Shown here one piece after another: positions 6,688 to 16,232 of a stretch of 64,000 nt of DNA. Location of the stretch: positions 18,108 to 82,107 of the IMG/VR virus record IMGVR_UViG_3300048672_000430; one strand, given 5' to 3'. The DNA is from a virus. A program made the translations under genes and the position numbers. How positions within the stretch are numbered: position 1 is the first letter of the stretch; every line of letters starts with the position of its first letter. The notes below the pieces were generated by a model. The model saw only the letters and a program-made list of their open reading frames with translations, was not told the DNA's origin and searched no databases.

Positions 6688-6718
6688 AGTTAAAAGAAAC
6701 TTTAAAACGAGGTGTATT

Positions 6719-6898
6719 ATGGAAATTACAATCGAAGTTCTAAGTTCTAATAGTAATGCTTTAGAGCAAATTAAAATGGCATTTAATAGAAGAAATGGTC
6801 ATGATACAATCCCAAATATAATGAACGATATAGGTGAAGAATTGGGCTACGAGGTAGCTAATACAGACGACAAGTATTCGTTTACCGATAAGGAGTAA
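6719..6898 (+). CDS. Hypothetical 59-aa protein
   Basis: GAGGTG RBS; hand translation. Confidence 0.55.
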   Translation: MEITIEVLSSNSNALEQIKMAFNRRNGHDTIPNIMNDIGEELGYEVANTDDKYSFTDKE

Positions 6899-6977
6899 CC
6901 TTTGATTAGAGTAATGTTACTTATCTATTATCTACTTACAATATTAATTTTAATGACATTTATTAAATACTTATGAG

Positions 6978-8438
6978 GTGAAAATGAACTTAGAATCATT
7001 TACTGTTAAGGGTACAATAATTCAAACAAATAAAGACTTATATGGTGGTGGATATGGTGGCACATATATTTATAAGATCGTAAAGAGTGCCAAATTAAAT
7101 CCAGATAAAACATTCCTAACTAATCAACCAATTCTTGTAAACGAAGACAACAGGCGAATATATCCTTATCTAACAAATTCTAGATTATTAGAATTAAATA
7201 TTAAAGAAATCAAATGTGAAAAAACAATAAAAGAATTTAATAAAATTTTAGTTGACTCGAAAAGGAAAAATGCCTTTAAAAATCTAACCAACGGTATTGT
7301 AGAAACTTTAGGAAGCGACCCTGAAATTTTTGTGGTAGATGAAAACGATAAAGTAATTCCTTCTTATGAATTTTTAAATGGTAAAGATAATCCAAATTTA
7401 ACAGGAACATACAAGGAATTTAAAATAAATGGTAATTGTGGTGCAAATGTAAATCAAAAAATGTTTTGGGACGGTTTCCAAGCTGAATTTAATACAGATG
7501 CTCAAAGTTGTTTAGCCTGGGTATGTGACTCGACTGTACTCGGTTTACAATCCGTTTTGAAAGAAGCAAAAAAGTATAATCCAAATGCAAGATTAACAAT
7601 TCAAACAACAGTAGACATTGATAAGAATGTTCTAGATAACGCTAAACCTGAACATGTAGAGTTCGGTTGTATGCCATCGTTTAACGTATATAATATGTCA
7701 GGAATCAAGGCAGATGGTAGGTCGGTATCATTTAGATCAGCAGGTGGACATATTCACTTCGGTATGAGTGACTTAACTAAAACGAAAGCTAAAAGATATG
7801 TAAAGGCACTAGATAAGATTCTAGGTGTTGCATGTGTTTCATTGTTTAATACTTACGACGACCCTAGAAGACGTACTATGTACGGATTAGCAGGTGAATA
7901 TAGATTACCTGCACACGGTTTAGAATATAGAACATTAAGTAATGCGTGGTTATCTCACCCGCTTATTATGAATCTAGTATTTGAAATGGCTAGAAAGGTA
8001 ATAGGTGCAGAAGAGGACGAACAAATGCAATTCTGGGATTCAACAGAAGAAGAAACTATTAGATGTATCAATACATGTGATGTTGATTTAGCTAGGGAGA
8101 TTTTAGCAAGAAATAAAACAAACCTGATTAATCTCTTAAAATCTATAAGTTCTATAAGTTATAATGAAAATGCTGAATATATCTATAAAATTTTAATGTT
8201 AGGTATGCAATCGATCATTGAAAATCCTGATGATATATCGGGTAATTGGTCATTCGAAAATCTTTATAAAGGTCATTGTGATGCAGACGGTATGCAACTT
8301 ATTACAATAGATAATATACCAAATTATAGATTATTAAAAGATGAGAAGGTTACTGCGATATATGAACAACTAGCATTTAATATTAAGCAATTAGATAATG
8401 ATGAGGAAACTATGACATTGAAAGAAGTTATGGGGTAG
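6978..8438 (+). CDS. phiEco32-like COOH.NH2 ligase type 2
   Basis: TLGSDPEIFV, FGCMPSFNVY, RSAGGHIHFG, RRRTMYGLAGEYR, GLEYRTLSNAWL. Confidence 0.88.
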   Translation: MKMNLESFTVKGTIIQTNKDLYGGGYGGTYIYKIVKSAKLNPDKTFLTNQPILVNEDNRRIYPYLTNSRLLELNIKEIKCEKTIKEFNKILVDSKRKNAFKNLTNGIVETLGSDPEIFVVDENDKVIPSYEFLNGKDNPNLTGTYKEFKINGNCGANVNQKMFWDGFQAEFNTDAQSCLAWVCDSTVLGLQSVLKEAKKYNPNARLTIQTTVDIDKNVLDNAKPEHVEFGCMPSFNVYNMSGIKADGRSVSFRSAGGHIHFGMSDLTKTKAKRYVKALDKILGVACVSLFNTYDDPRRRTMYGLAGEYRLPAHGLEYRTLSNAWLSHPLIMNLVFEMARKVIGAEEDEQMQFWDSTEEETIRCINTCDVDLAREILARNKTNLINLLKSISSISYNENAEYIYKILMLGMQSIIENPDDISGNWSFENLYKGHCDADGMQLITIDNIPNYRLLKDEKVTAIYEQLAFNIKQLDNDEETMTLKEVMG

Positions 8439-8441
8439 GTC

Positions 8442-8681
8442 ATGAATGAACTAAAGATTTTAATTTCAAATAGTGCATTGGTTTTAAATTACTACGATAA
8501 GGAACTTAAGAAATCTGCTATAAGAAATAAAGGCTTATATGATGTAAGCGATGAAAATCTACATAAAGTTTGTAATGATGTATTTAGTATGGTGATAGGT
8601 AAACCAACAAATTTTAGTTGGACGGATTGCCAAGCAATATTTGACTTAATAGAGCGTGATTATGAAATAAAGGATAAGTAA
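8442..8681 (+). CDS. Hypothetical protein
   Basis: ORF in operon. Confidence 0.55.
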   Translation: MNELKILISNSALVLNYYDKELKKSAIRNKGLYDVSDENLHKVCNDVFSMVIGKPTNFSWTDCQAIFDLIERDYEIKDK

Positions 8682-8918
8682 ATGAATAGATTAGAAATAG
8701 CAATGAAAATTCTTCAATGGGAAGGTGATGCAATCACTAAACATAGAAAGTTTGTTGATAACTTTATTAATGAAAATGAATTTAATGAAGTCTTAAAAGA
8801 AGCAGCATGTATAGAATTAGGTATTGAAGAAATCGAATTTGAAAGAATGAGCGATGAAGAATTTTTTAATGTAATGTTTGAATATTCTCATAACAATACA
8901 GTTATGGTAGCAAGCTAG
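8682..8918 (+). CDS. Acidic hypothetical protein
   Basis: ORF in operon, AAGGA RBS. Confidence 0.55.
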   Translation: MNRLEIAMKILQWEGDAITKHRKFVDNFINENEFNEVLKEAACIELGIEEIEFERMSDEEFFNVMFEYSHNNTVMVAS

Positions 8919-8924
8919 GTAATT

Positions 8925-9143
8925 ATGCAAATATTTAACGTGTCTGCTGAGGTTATAAAAAAACCTAAAAAATGTTCGCATTGTGATAAATTAAAAGAAA
9001 CAGGTTCAAGTATGTACTTCGGTCATACAATTCTATTCTCATTAAACAATAACAAAACTAAAGAGTTGCATTGGACATGTGAGGAATGTGTTAAAACAAA
9101 ACATGGGTACTTGACAGAATGTTATTGTATGGATTATTTATGA
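8925..9143 (+). CDS. Small zinc-finger protein
   Basis: CSHC and CEEC. Confidence 0.55.
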   Translation: MQIFNVSAEVIKKPKKCSHCDKLKETGSSMYFGHTILFSLNNNKTKELHWTCEECVKTKHGYLTECYCMDYL

Positions 9144-9274
9144 AAAGGTTTATAACAGAACACCACGATTTTTTAGTTGTGTTGTTAATTATGGGATTAT
9201 TCGCAAAAGCCCTGTTATTAATTTTTAATATATTAGGATCATATACTATAAATGAATACTTTATGAGGTAAATT

Positions 9275-9565
9275 ATGCACGCATTTGTAGAAGACATACT
9301 ACAATTCACTTTAAACAATAAGAAGCATCAACATTTTCAAGAAAAGGAAACAAGATATTCATTCGTTATATGTAATAGGAATATATATGCTCACGATAGT
9401 AGTGTGACATTACACAATGGTAAAACGGATATACATAGGAATTTTGATAGATTTAATGTGATTAAATCACCTCATAGATTACAGCCTATTTTTTTAAGTC
9501 GAGAAACTATGAGAGATTCTTATAAAAATAGACCATTTAGTGATTTGGTAAAAATAGTGGAGTAG
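9275..9565 (+). CDS. Small protein, Q-YxF family
   Basis: DILQF...RYSFVI...LVKIVE; GAGGT RBS. Confidence 0.6.
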   Translation: MHAFVEDILQFTLNNKKHQHFQEKETRYSFVICNRNIYAHDSSVTLHNGKTDIHRNFDRFNVIKSPHRLQPIFLSRETMRDSYKNRPFSDLVKIVE

Positions 9566-9568
9566 TAA

Positions 9569-9745
9569 ATGGAAAAAATAAAACATATTTATTCAAAAGA
9601 ATTAGGTCAATTATTTATGAGAATGACCGACGAAGAATATTTCGATTGGTTGAAAACAAACGAAGTAGAATATACTAAACCATTATTGGAATTAATAAAT
9701 GAAGATAAGGCTAATCTAAGTGATGAAGATTATACAGATACATAG
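9569..9745 (+). CDS. Acidic 58-aa hypothetical protein
   Basis: GGAG RBS; hand translation. Confidence 0.55.
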   Translation: MEKIKHIYSKELGQLFMRMTDEEYFDWLKTNEVEYTKPLLELINEDKANLSDEDYTDT

Positions 9746-9754
9746 GGGAACATC

Positions 9755-9919
9755 ATGATAATAATACAATGCGATAACGATTTATGTGAAGCCGGAAATG
9801 AATGGTCTGAACATATTAATTATCGATTTAGTAATGATTATATAGATTACGATGATTTCTTAAATAATGTTTCAAATGAAGAAGAATATAGAATAATATG
9901 GGAGGATACAAATGATTAA
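9755..9919 (+). CDS. Small protein, Q-YxF family (54 aa)
   Basis: MIIIQC...NYRFSN...YRIIWED; hand translation. Confidence 0.6.
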   Translation: MIIIQCDNDLCEAGNEWSEHINYRFSNDYIDYDDFLNNVSNEEEYRIIWEDTND

Positions 9920-11312
9920 TGTTGGATCAATAATAAAAATTAATGATGAACTTTGTCCAGAAAATGAACGCTCTAATAAAAGATTTCAATTCGGTGCTTT
10001 AAATTATATCGCAATTATGTTGGATTGGGAGTTTGAGGTAGTACGAGAATTTAAAGATGAGTTTCATGGTGACATGGTAGAATGTAAAATTACCAATAGT
10101 GATAATATCAAGTCAAACATTGTTCTTAGAACACAAGATACAGTGTTAGCTAAGTCAAATAAATTCAATTTAACTTATGAGATTATCGGTAAAACAGGAA
10201 GGTTTGATGCTGAGATAAGAGAACTCAAGAGAGAAGAAAATGATCTACTCTTAGTTCGTGCGGAAGAAAAAAGAAAAGGCACACCGATCACTGATAAAAC
10301 ACTTATTCAAAATTGGTCAGAAGTTAAATCAGTTAGAAATAAGATCAAGCGTTATCAAGAAAATACTGATAAAGTTTTTGTTGTCAAACATTCGTCTGGT
10401 ACTTACGAGATTGATTGTGCTGAGGAACAAATTCCAACAAAGCTTAGATCTTTAATTAGAAGTATGCGTGCTGATAGACGCAAAGTTTACCCTGTCACAA
10501 AAGAAATTGGTGGCGGTATGACATTAGAGAAATTAGGTAATGTCATGGTTAAACCTGGTAAGTTCCTGGAATTAAATGAGAAGTATGCTTTGAATATTAT
10601 TAAGGCACATAAGAAACCTACAACAAACGATAACTATGTTGGTATTGAAATTGAGATGTTATCACCTAAAAGTATTGAAGAAATGAATAAAGAGTTTATT
10701 AAGTCAAGATTACATAAGTATGTGAATGTTGGTACAGATGGTTCAATTAGAAGTGACATTAGTGGTGTTCATGCTATGGAATTGAGGGTATGTTTACCTG
10801 AAAACTTATTAGCTACTCATTTAAAAATGATTACAGAAGTATTACGTAAAACAGACTCTTATGCAAATCGTTCATGTGGTATGCACGTTCACGTTGATAT
10901 GAGAAATCGTGACCCTGAGCTATGTTACAGAAACTTCTTTAAAGTTCAAAATATTATGCTACAAGCTCAACCATTAACTAGACGTACAAACCAATACTGC
11001 AAACCTAGTACGATAGCTAGCAAAAAATTAAAAGACTTCTCAAGTAATGGTGATGATAACGTGAGACGACAAGCAATTAATACTGACTCGTATCATAAAA
11101 ACGATATGAAGACTATTGAGATCAGAGTACACGAAGGTGCTACTAAGTTCAAAGATATATTTAATTGGGTAAATTTCTTAGTTGCGACCGCTTCCCTTAA
11201 AAAAGATTTGGACGCACCTATTAATACTATTAAAGAATTAAGATCTGCTAATTTCGTAAATGAATTAGTAATTAATCATTTAAATGAACGTATTGAAGAG
11301 TATTCGGCTTAA
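9912..11312 (+). CDS. Putative amidoligase (Amidoligase_2 family) with N-terminal extension
   Basis: YVGIEIE, TDGSI, MELR, SCGMHVHVD, YCK, TIEIR. Confidence 0.85.
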   Translation: MINVGSIIKINDELCPENERSNKRFQFGALNYIAIMLDWEFEVVREFKDEFHGDMVECKITNSDNIKSNIVLRTQDTVLAKSNKFNLTYEIIGKTGRFDAEIRELKREENDLLLVRAEEKRKGTPITDKTLIQNWSEVKSVRNKIKRYQENTDKVFVVKHSSGTYEIDCAEEQIPTKLRSLIRSMRADRRKVYPVTKEIGGGMTLEKLGNVMVKPGKFLELNEKYALNIIKAHKKPTTNDNYVGIEIEMLSPKSIEEMNKEFIKSRLHKYVNVGTDGSIRSDISGVHAMELRVCLPENLLATHLKMITEVLRKTDSYANRSCGMHVHVDMRNRDPELCYRNFFKVQNIMLQAQPLTRRTNQYCKPSTIASKKLKDFSSNGDDNVRRQAINTDSYHKNDMKTIEIRVHEGATKFKDIFNWVNFLVATASLKKDLDAPINTIKELRSANFVNELVINHLNERIEEYSA

Positions 11313-11340
11313 TTATAATAAAACTAATATGAGGTAAAAA

Positions 11341-12558
11341 ATGTGTAAAGTTATGGTAATGACCGGGATAGAAAATAATGATCTAGCCCTGAGATTTATG
11401 AAAGCAGTAGCACCCAACATGTCAGTAGGTAATACCGACGGCATTGGGTACTCCGCAGTAAATTCTAAGAATCAACTGTTCATGGAAAAATGGCACGTTA
11501 ATAATAAGTTCTTAAATACGAACGATGTTGTAGACGCTAAGACTATTGAGGAATTAAAACCTTATGAGAATAGGATAGGTAAACTCCAATTAAATTACAC
11601 AAGTTATGGTGATGTAACAAGAGACGATCTTAGATCAGTGACTATGCACACCAGGTACGCAACATGTGGAAAAACATTTGAGAATACTCACCCATTTATT
11701 GAAAATGATATATCCCTTATTCATAATGGTGTTATTCAAAATTCTTTTACATTAGCATTAAATAAAAATTCAACTTGTGACTCCGAAAACGCTTTACAAT
11801 TATACAATAACTTACAAGTTAATTTGAGTAAGAAAAGTACAGACTATCAAAGTTTCCTAGATAAGTTAAAGGGTTATTGGGCATTTGCTTTTCTTGCAAA
11901 AGATTCTGAAGGTACATATCAACTAGATGTTGTTCGTGAGGGTGCACCATTATACTTTGCAAAGATTGAAGAAATCGGAGTTAATTGTGTTGTGTTTGCA
12001 ACAACAAAAGAAATCATCGAGATAGGTTGTAAAGAATTAGAGTTACCAGTTAGATCACAGATCTATCTACTAACTGAGTCTAACTATCACAGATTTAACG
12101 CATTAACAGGCGAGTTAATACTTAATAAACAACTCGAAGATTCTTTATTAAATGCTTCATCGTATAGCTATTCAAAAGTATTTAAATCAAATAAGACAAA
12201 GAAAAAAGAACCTTATCAACCACTAAATAATAACAACATAGATGAATACTATGACTACTACAATAGTCAAGAAAATTACAAGGATCTTACATCAGTAACC
12301 GATGAGTTCTTATTAGATTCGTTCTATGATATTAATGAGCCTTTAGTTGATAGACTTGATTCTTATGATAAAATGTTCGACACTGAGTATTTATCTAACT
12401 TTGAAGATCTAGCTATTAAAATCCGTGACTTCATAACAAAACAAGAATATAAAGAAGTTATTAGTTTTGCCGAAATTATCTTAATGTTAGACGCTTATAT
12501 TGCAAGTGAAAATATATCAGACCTTTATAAAGTATTTAGAAATAAACGTAGGGCTTAA
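11341..12558 (+). CDS. Class II (Ntn) glutamine amidotransferase
   Basis: Cys2 nucleophile, DGIG, HTRYATCG, NTHPF, HNGVI, DSE. Confidence 0.88.
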   Translation: MCKVMVMTGIENNDLALRFMKAVAPNMSVGNTDGIGYSAVNSKNQLFMEKWHVNNKFLNTNDVVDAKTIEELKPYENRIGKLQLNYTSYGDVTRDDLRSVTMHTRYATCGKTFENTHPFIENDISLIHNGVIQNSFTLALNKNSTCDSENALQLYNNLQVNLSKKSTDYQSFLDKLKGYWAFAFLAKDSEGTYQLDVVREGAPLYFAKIEEIGVNCVVFATTKEIIEIGCKELELPVRSQIYLLTESNYHRFNALTGELILNKQLEDSLLNASSYSYSKVFKSNKTKKKEPYQPLNNNNIDEYYDYYNSQENYKDLTSVTDEFLLDSFYDINEPLVDRLDSYDKMFDTEYLSNFEDLAIKIRDFITKQEYKEVISFAEIILMLDAYIASENISDLYKVFRNKRRA

Positions 12559-12561
12559 TTT

Positions 12562-12702
12562 ATGGACATAATACAATACAAATCAAGATACTATTGGTTT
12601 AGATTTAGAGAAAATCGCATTAACTTTTATTACTCTTCGGAAACCTTAATAGAAAGCGGAGGTAATGACCTTCCTTATTGTGTAATTAAAAACCTGGATT
12701 AA
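12562..12702 (+). CDS. Small protein, Q-YxF family (46 aa)
   Basis: MDIIQYKSRYYWFRFRENRINFYYSSETLIESGGNDLPYCVIKNLD. Confidence 0.7.
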   Translation: MDIIQYKSRYYWFRFRENRINFYYSSETLIESGGNDLPYCVIKNLD

Positions 12703-12715
12703 TTTGGAGGTATAA

Positions 12716-12874
12716 ATGTATGACGTAGAATTGATACAGTATACTGAAAAAAGAACATTTTATTTTAGATTTCGTATTGATAATGTAAACTTTTATTGGA
12801 ATAAAAACTTTTCATCGATTATTAAATCCGGTGGAAATTACATTCCTCATAACATAATTAAAATAATAGATTAA
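12716..12874 (+). CDS. Small protein, Q-YxF family (52 aa), close paralog of 12562
   Basis: MYDVELIQYTEKRTFYFRFRIDNVNFYWNKNFSSIIKSGGNYIPHNIIKIID; GGAGGT RBS. Confidence 0.75.
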   Translation: MYDVELIQYTEKRTFYFRFRIDNVNFYWNKNFSSIIKSGGNYIPHNIIKIID

Positions 12875-12885
12875 CGGGAGAAGTT

Positions 12886-13044
12886 ATGTTGCTCACTCAA
12901 TATAATAAATTTATCAGTCCGTCTCTTAGATATATTTTTCGACTATCTTCAGATGGTTATATATATAACAATAATGGAAGATTACATGGATCGACTATCC
13001 CTGATGATGATAAACTATATCAAATAATAATGGAGAGAATATGA
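12886..13044 (+). CDS. Small protein, Q-YxF family (52 aa)
   Basis: MLLTQY...RYIFRL...YQIIMERI; GGAG RBS; ATGA overlap with the next gene. Confidence 0.65.
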   Translation: MLLTQYNKFISPSLRYIFRLSSDGYIYNNNGRLHGSTIPDDDKLYQIIMERI

Positions 13045-13796
13045 AATTCACAATACTATATAGTGGTCGTTCTTCTAAAACAGGAAGGGATTTATTAAAT
13101 AAATTCAAGCCTTTATCTAGAAAGGCATTTAGAAAACGAACAGAAAAACGATTCAATACTGATGTTATTTTAAGATGGGGGTCAACTGAGACTTTCAATA
13201 AGTTAAGAGGTAGGCTAGAACTAAACACTTTAGAAGCTGTCAGAAATGCAAGCAATAAGTTAATCATGATGCAAAAATTAGTTGAGGCTAATATTCCAAC
13301 CGCAGAAATTCTTTTCAATCCTTATAATCAATCTCAAGATGTTATAGACAATTATCGTGATGATAATGGTGGATTTTTTATCAGAGGTTCAAACGATTCA
13401 ATAAGATATGACGATAGTATTAATCCTAATGACAAGTATATATCTAAACCAATTGTAAATAAGCGTAGAGAATATAGAGTCCACGTATTCAATGGTGAAG
13501 TTATAGCTATCTATGAGAAAATTCCTAACGATGAGAATGTTAAGTTATTCAAATCATATAACTGTCATTTCGAATTAAAGAATATAGAAAATTGTAGGCT
13601 AACCGAACAAGATAAACAAGTTTGTATAGATGCTGTAAATAAATTAGGATTACTATTTGGTGGTGTAGATTTAATGCGAGATAAGAATAAGAAAGTCTTT
13701 GTTTCGGAAGTAAATAGTGCCCCGGCTTTAAATGGAACTAACATAGATAGATATGTAACCAAAATAAACGAGTACATTCAAGCGATGGGAGTTTAA
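13041..13796 (+). CDS. ATP-grasp ligase (RimK-like, phiEco32 type)
   Basis: ILRWGS, ASNKL, REYRVHVFNGEVI, LGLLFGGVDL, EVNSAPAL. Confidence 0.88.
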   Translation: MKFTILYSGRSSKTGRDLLNKFKPLSRKAFRKRTEKRFNTDVILRWGSTETFNKLRGRLELNTLEAVRNASNKLIMMQKLVEANIPTAEILFNPYNQSQDVIDNYRDDNGGFFIRGSNDSIRYDDSINPNDKYISKPIVNKRREYRVHVFNGEVIAIYEKIPNDENVKLFKSYNCHFELKNIENCRLTEQDKQVCIDAVNKLGLLFGGVDLMRDKNKKVFVSEVNSAPALNGTNIDRYVTKINEYIQAMGV

Positions 13797-13797
13797 A

Positions 13798-13935
13798 ATG
13801 ATTGTGTTATTTCAAACAACAGACAAGCATCAGAATAATTATAGATTCTATTTACATAGATTTGCGGAAAATATATCGTTTGATGTGATATGTACGGTAA
13901 ATAAGTATCATAGTAACGCTATAATGGTATTATAA
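13798..13935 (+). CDS. Small protein, Q-YxF family (45 aa)
   Basis: MIVLFQ...NYRFYL...AIMVL; GGGAG RBS. Confidence 0.6.
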   Translation: MIVLFQTTDKHQNNYRFYLHRFAENISFDVICTVNKYHSNAIMVL

Positions 13936-14081
13936 TGAGTCTAATAATACTAATATCCCTTATACTTTTTTTATTCTCACCATTTGGTAGAATAGCCGTG
14001 ATGTATTTAGCCACCCTTATCCTGGAATCAATGTGGTTATTTATATTCATATTAATGATTGTCTTTCTTAAAAAGAGGTAA
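13935..14081 (+). CDS. Small two-TM membrane protein (48 aa)
   Basis: Almost entirely hydrophobic, ends KKR; TAATG coupling. Confidence 0.55.
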   Translation: MSLIILISLILFLFSPFGRIAVMYLATLILESMWLFIFILMIVFLKKR

Positions 14082-14084
14082 GTA

Positions 14085-14381
14085 ATGAAATTTCCAATCT
14101 CTGTAATTAAAATAGATAACTATATGGTATTAATTAATAGTGGCGAAGTAACTAAAGACTTTATTTCAAATTTAAAAAAACTTGAGCTAACTAGAACTCC
14201 ACGTGATATGAAGATAGTATCGTGTGACTACCCAGCATTTAGTGGTCACACAATATACATAAGTGGTGATGACAGATCAAAACGATATCAAACATGTAAG
14301 ACTGCGTACAATGAGCCATTATTTAATAGCTATCAAGAAATAATAAAATATTATGCTAACAAAATGGGTTACGATGAGTAA
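14085..14381 (+). CDS. Hypothetical protein
   Basis: GAGGT RBS. Confidence 0.6.
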   Translation: MKFPISVIKIDNYMVLINSGEVTKDFISNLKKLELTRTPRDMKIVSCDYPAFSGHTIYISGDDRSKRYQTCKTAYNEPLFNSYQEIIKYYANKMGYDE

Positions 14382-14601
14382 TAAAATAGATGATATGTTA
14401 GAAGAATTTATCTCAGAAGTATCTGAGAATTATACTGAAGATTCTGATGTAGAAGAGTTATTTAGAAACTCTATGAATAAGATTTTAACTAAAAAGAAAC
14501 AAGGTATAGGACATGTATTAAAGACTCAAGTAATGTTTGAGATTGAAGAAGACATGGCTTTGCCTATATTTCCATCAGAGGAAATGTATGACGAGGATTA
14601 A
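14374..14601 (+). CDS. Acidic hypothetical protein
   Basis: Start moved to MSNKID. Confidence 0.55.
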   Translation: MSNKIDDMLEEFISEVSENYTEDSDVEELFRNSMNKILTKKKQGIGHVLKTQVMFEIEEDMALPIFPSEEMYDED

Positions 14602-14836
14602 GTATGTTAAAGAGAACGATACTTTAATTAGTCCAGTCTTTATAAACTACGAAGGTAAGAGATACCGTATTCTTATCCACACACAAAAGAACCATTACAC
14701 TGTAACAATCAGAACAACAACAGGAAAAATAGTAGAGGTTGTTAGTTGTGATGAATTATCCAAAGCAAAAAGAACAGCAAGAAACCTGATTATTAATAAA
14801 TATAATGTGAGAATCAAACACGAGGTTAGACGATGA
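14588..14836 (+). CDS. Basic hypothetical protein
   Basis: Start moved to MTRIKY (GAGG RBS). Confidence 0.55.
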   Translation: MTRIKYVKENDTLISPVFINYEGKRYRILIHTQKNHYTVTIRTTTGKIVEVVSCDELSKAKRTARNLIINKYNVRIKHEVRR

Positions 14837-14988
14837 AGATAGGTCAAGTTAGTGCACCATTTGAAAACTCAATACAATATTCATTTGCTTTAATATCTTT
14901 TGTTACTATGGATAGTGTTGTATTTGTTAGAGATATAGGCGGAATTAATTGTGTCATGAGAAAATATATTAAAATTATACAGGAGTAA
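14833..14988 (+). CDS. Small protein, Q-YxF family (51 aa)
   Basis: MKIGQV...QYSFALI...YIKIIQE; GAGGT RBS; ATGA overlap. Confidence 0.65.
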   Translation: MKIGQVSAPFENSIQYSFALISFVTMDSVVFVRDIGGINCVMRKYIKIIQE

Positions 14989-14991
14989 CAT

Positions 14992-15273
14992 ATGAGAACA
15001 ATAGGAGATAGATTAGCTGAATTAGACAAGACAGAATCAACAGTAGCTGATTTTAATAGAATATTCGATGATGTACCATTAACAAGATTCAAAGATACCG
15101 ATACAGTCTTAGTTGGTGAGATCACAAAAAATGCAACAACTAGACAATTATTAATTAACAATGTAGCTATTGAACATAGCTTTGAAAGGAGACTTACAAG
15201 TGAAAATGAAATTATTATTACTGACGACAATGTTATTAGCGACGACGATTTTTGGATGTGCCAGTTCGTCTAA
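14992..15273 (+). CDS. Hypothetical protein
   Basis: AGGAG RBS. Confidence 0.6.
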   Translation: MRTIGDRLAELDKTESTVADFNRIFDDVPLTRFKDTDTVLVGEITKNATTRQLLINNVAIEHSFERRLTSENEIIITDDNVISDDDFWMCQFV

Positions 15274-15331
15274 ACCTTTGACAGAAGAAGAACGAAGAGA
15301 AGCTAGGCGACTAGCCAGAGAAGTTCGATAG
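15206..15331 (+). CDS. Small lipoprotein (41 aa) overlapping the upstream gene
   Basis: MKLLLLTTMLLATTIFGCASSSKPLTEEERREARRLAREVR; lipobox IFGC; AAGGAG upstream; stops at a terminator. Confidence 0.65.
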   Translation: MKLLLLTTMLLATTIFGCASSSKPLTEEERREARRLAREVR

Positions 15332-15356
15332 CCCCTGAATTGGGGCCTTTTTATTT
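15331..15356 (+). terminator. Intrinsic terminator
   Basis: GCCCC-TGAATT-GGGGC followed by CTTTTTATTT. Confidence 0.7.
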
Positions 15357-15365
15357 GGAGATAAA

Positions 15366-15518
15366 ATGATAAGCATATTGCAAGCATCTACTGGACTACA
15401 TTTCGGAAAATATTCGTTTCATATATTCCACCTAAACGGAGATCTAAGAACAATTAGAAGTGATAAATTTAGAGAATCAACTTACTGGAATACAATTTTA
15501 ATAGACGTGGAGTTATAA
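15366..15518 (+). CDS. Small protein, Q-YxF family (50 aa)
   Basis: MISILQ...KYSFHIF...TILIDVEL; GGAG RBS. Confidence 0.65.
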   Translation: MISILQASTGLHFGKYSFHIFHLNGDLRTIRSDKFRESTYWNTILIDVEL

Positions 15519-15766
15519 TGAGAAAAGAACTTTTAGTGTATGTTAATACTGGAGAAGCCAACGAAGAAATCAGTGTGACCTCGGTTGCCAAACATCGTAG
15601 CTTAGTGTTGATCACTACATCAACAGGAACTAAATTTACAGCAAACAGAGAAGAGTTATTAGAAGCGTTACAAGCGATTGCAACATTTGATAGTTCAGTC
15701 ACTACTAAACCCGAACCAATAGACAATCTAAATACTTTAGAAGTTAGCTATGGAGACGAACAATGA
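15518..15766 (+). CDS. Hypothetical protein
   Basis: GGAG RBS, coupled. Confidence 0.6.
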   Translation: MRKELLVYVNTGEANEEISVTSVAKHRSLVLITTSTGTKFTANREELLEALQAIATFDSSVTTKPEPIDNLNTLEVSYGDEQ

Positions 15767-16020
15767 AAATCGTACAAATATCAACCACTGACAGATTCGT
15801 AGGTGATCACACCGGATACTATAGATATGAGTTCGGTATTATTACGGGAAATTCTGGAGCAGGAAATTATATTGTTGATTTCGGTAAGAGACCTCCTGAG
15901 ATTTTATCGATCTTGAAAGAGATTAGGGATTTTGATGGTGATTATGAAGAAGATGAATATTTTAGAGAAGATTTCTCTGTTCTTAAAAAAGAATGTAATA
16001 TTATAGGAGTTTTTAAATGA
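15763..16020 (+). CDS. Small protein, Q-YxF family (85 aa)
   Basis: MKIVQI...RYEFGII...CNIIGVFK. Confidence 0.6.
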   Translation: MKIVQISTTDRFVGDHTGYYRYEFGIITGNSGAGNYIVDFGKRPPEILSILKEIRDFDGDYEEDEYFREDFSVLKKECNIIGVFK

Positions 16021-16232
16021 TATTATTTTTAGTATTTAATATAGCTCTACTTACGTCGAGTCTATATTTATTGTTTCAAACAATGTTAAATTATTCGGTC
16101 TTATTATCCTTGCCAACACCATTGATAATTGTTTATGTAATTGGTGTTATCACCCCGCTACTTAATATATACGATAGTATTAAGAATCTACTATCATTAA
16201 CAGTGAGTTCAGTCGATGAAGATAGTATGTAA
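16017..16232 (+). CDS. Two-TM membrane protein
   Basis: Hydrophobic; AGGAG RBS. Confidence 0.55.
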   Translation: MILFLVFNIALLTSSLYLLFQTMLNYSVLLSLPTPLIIVYVIGVITPLLNIYDSIKNLLSLTVSSVDEDSM

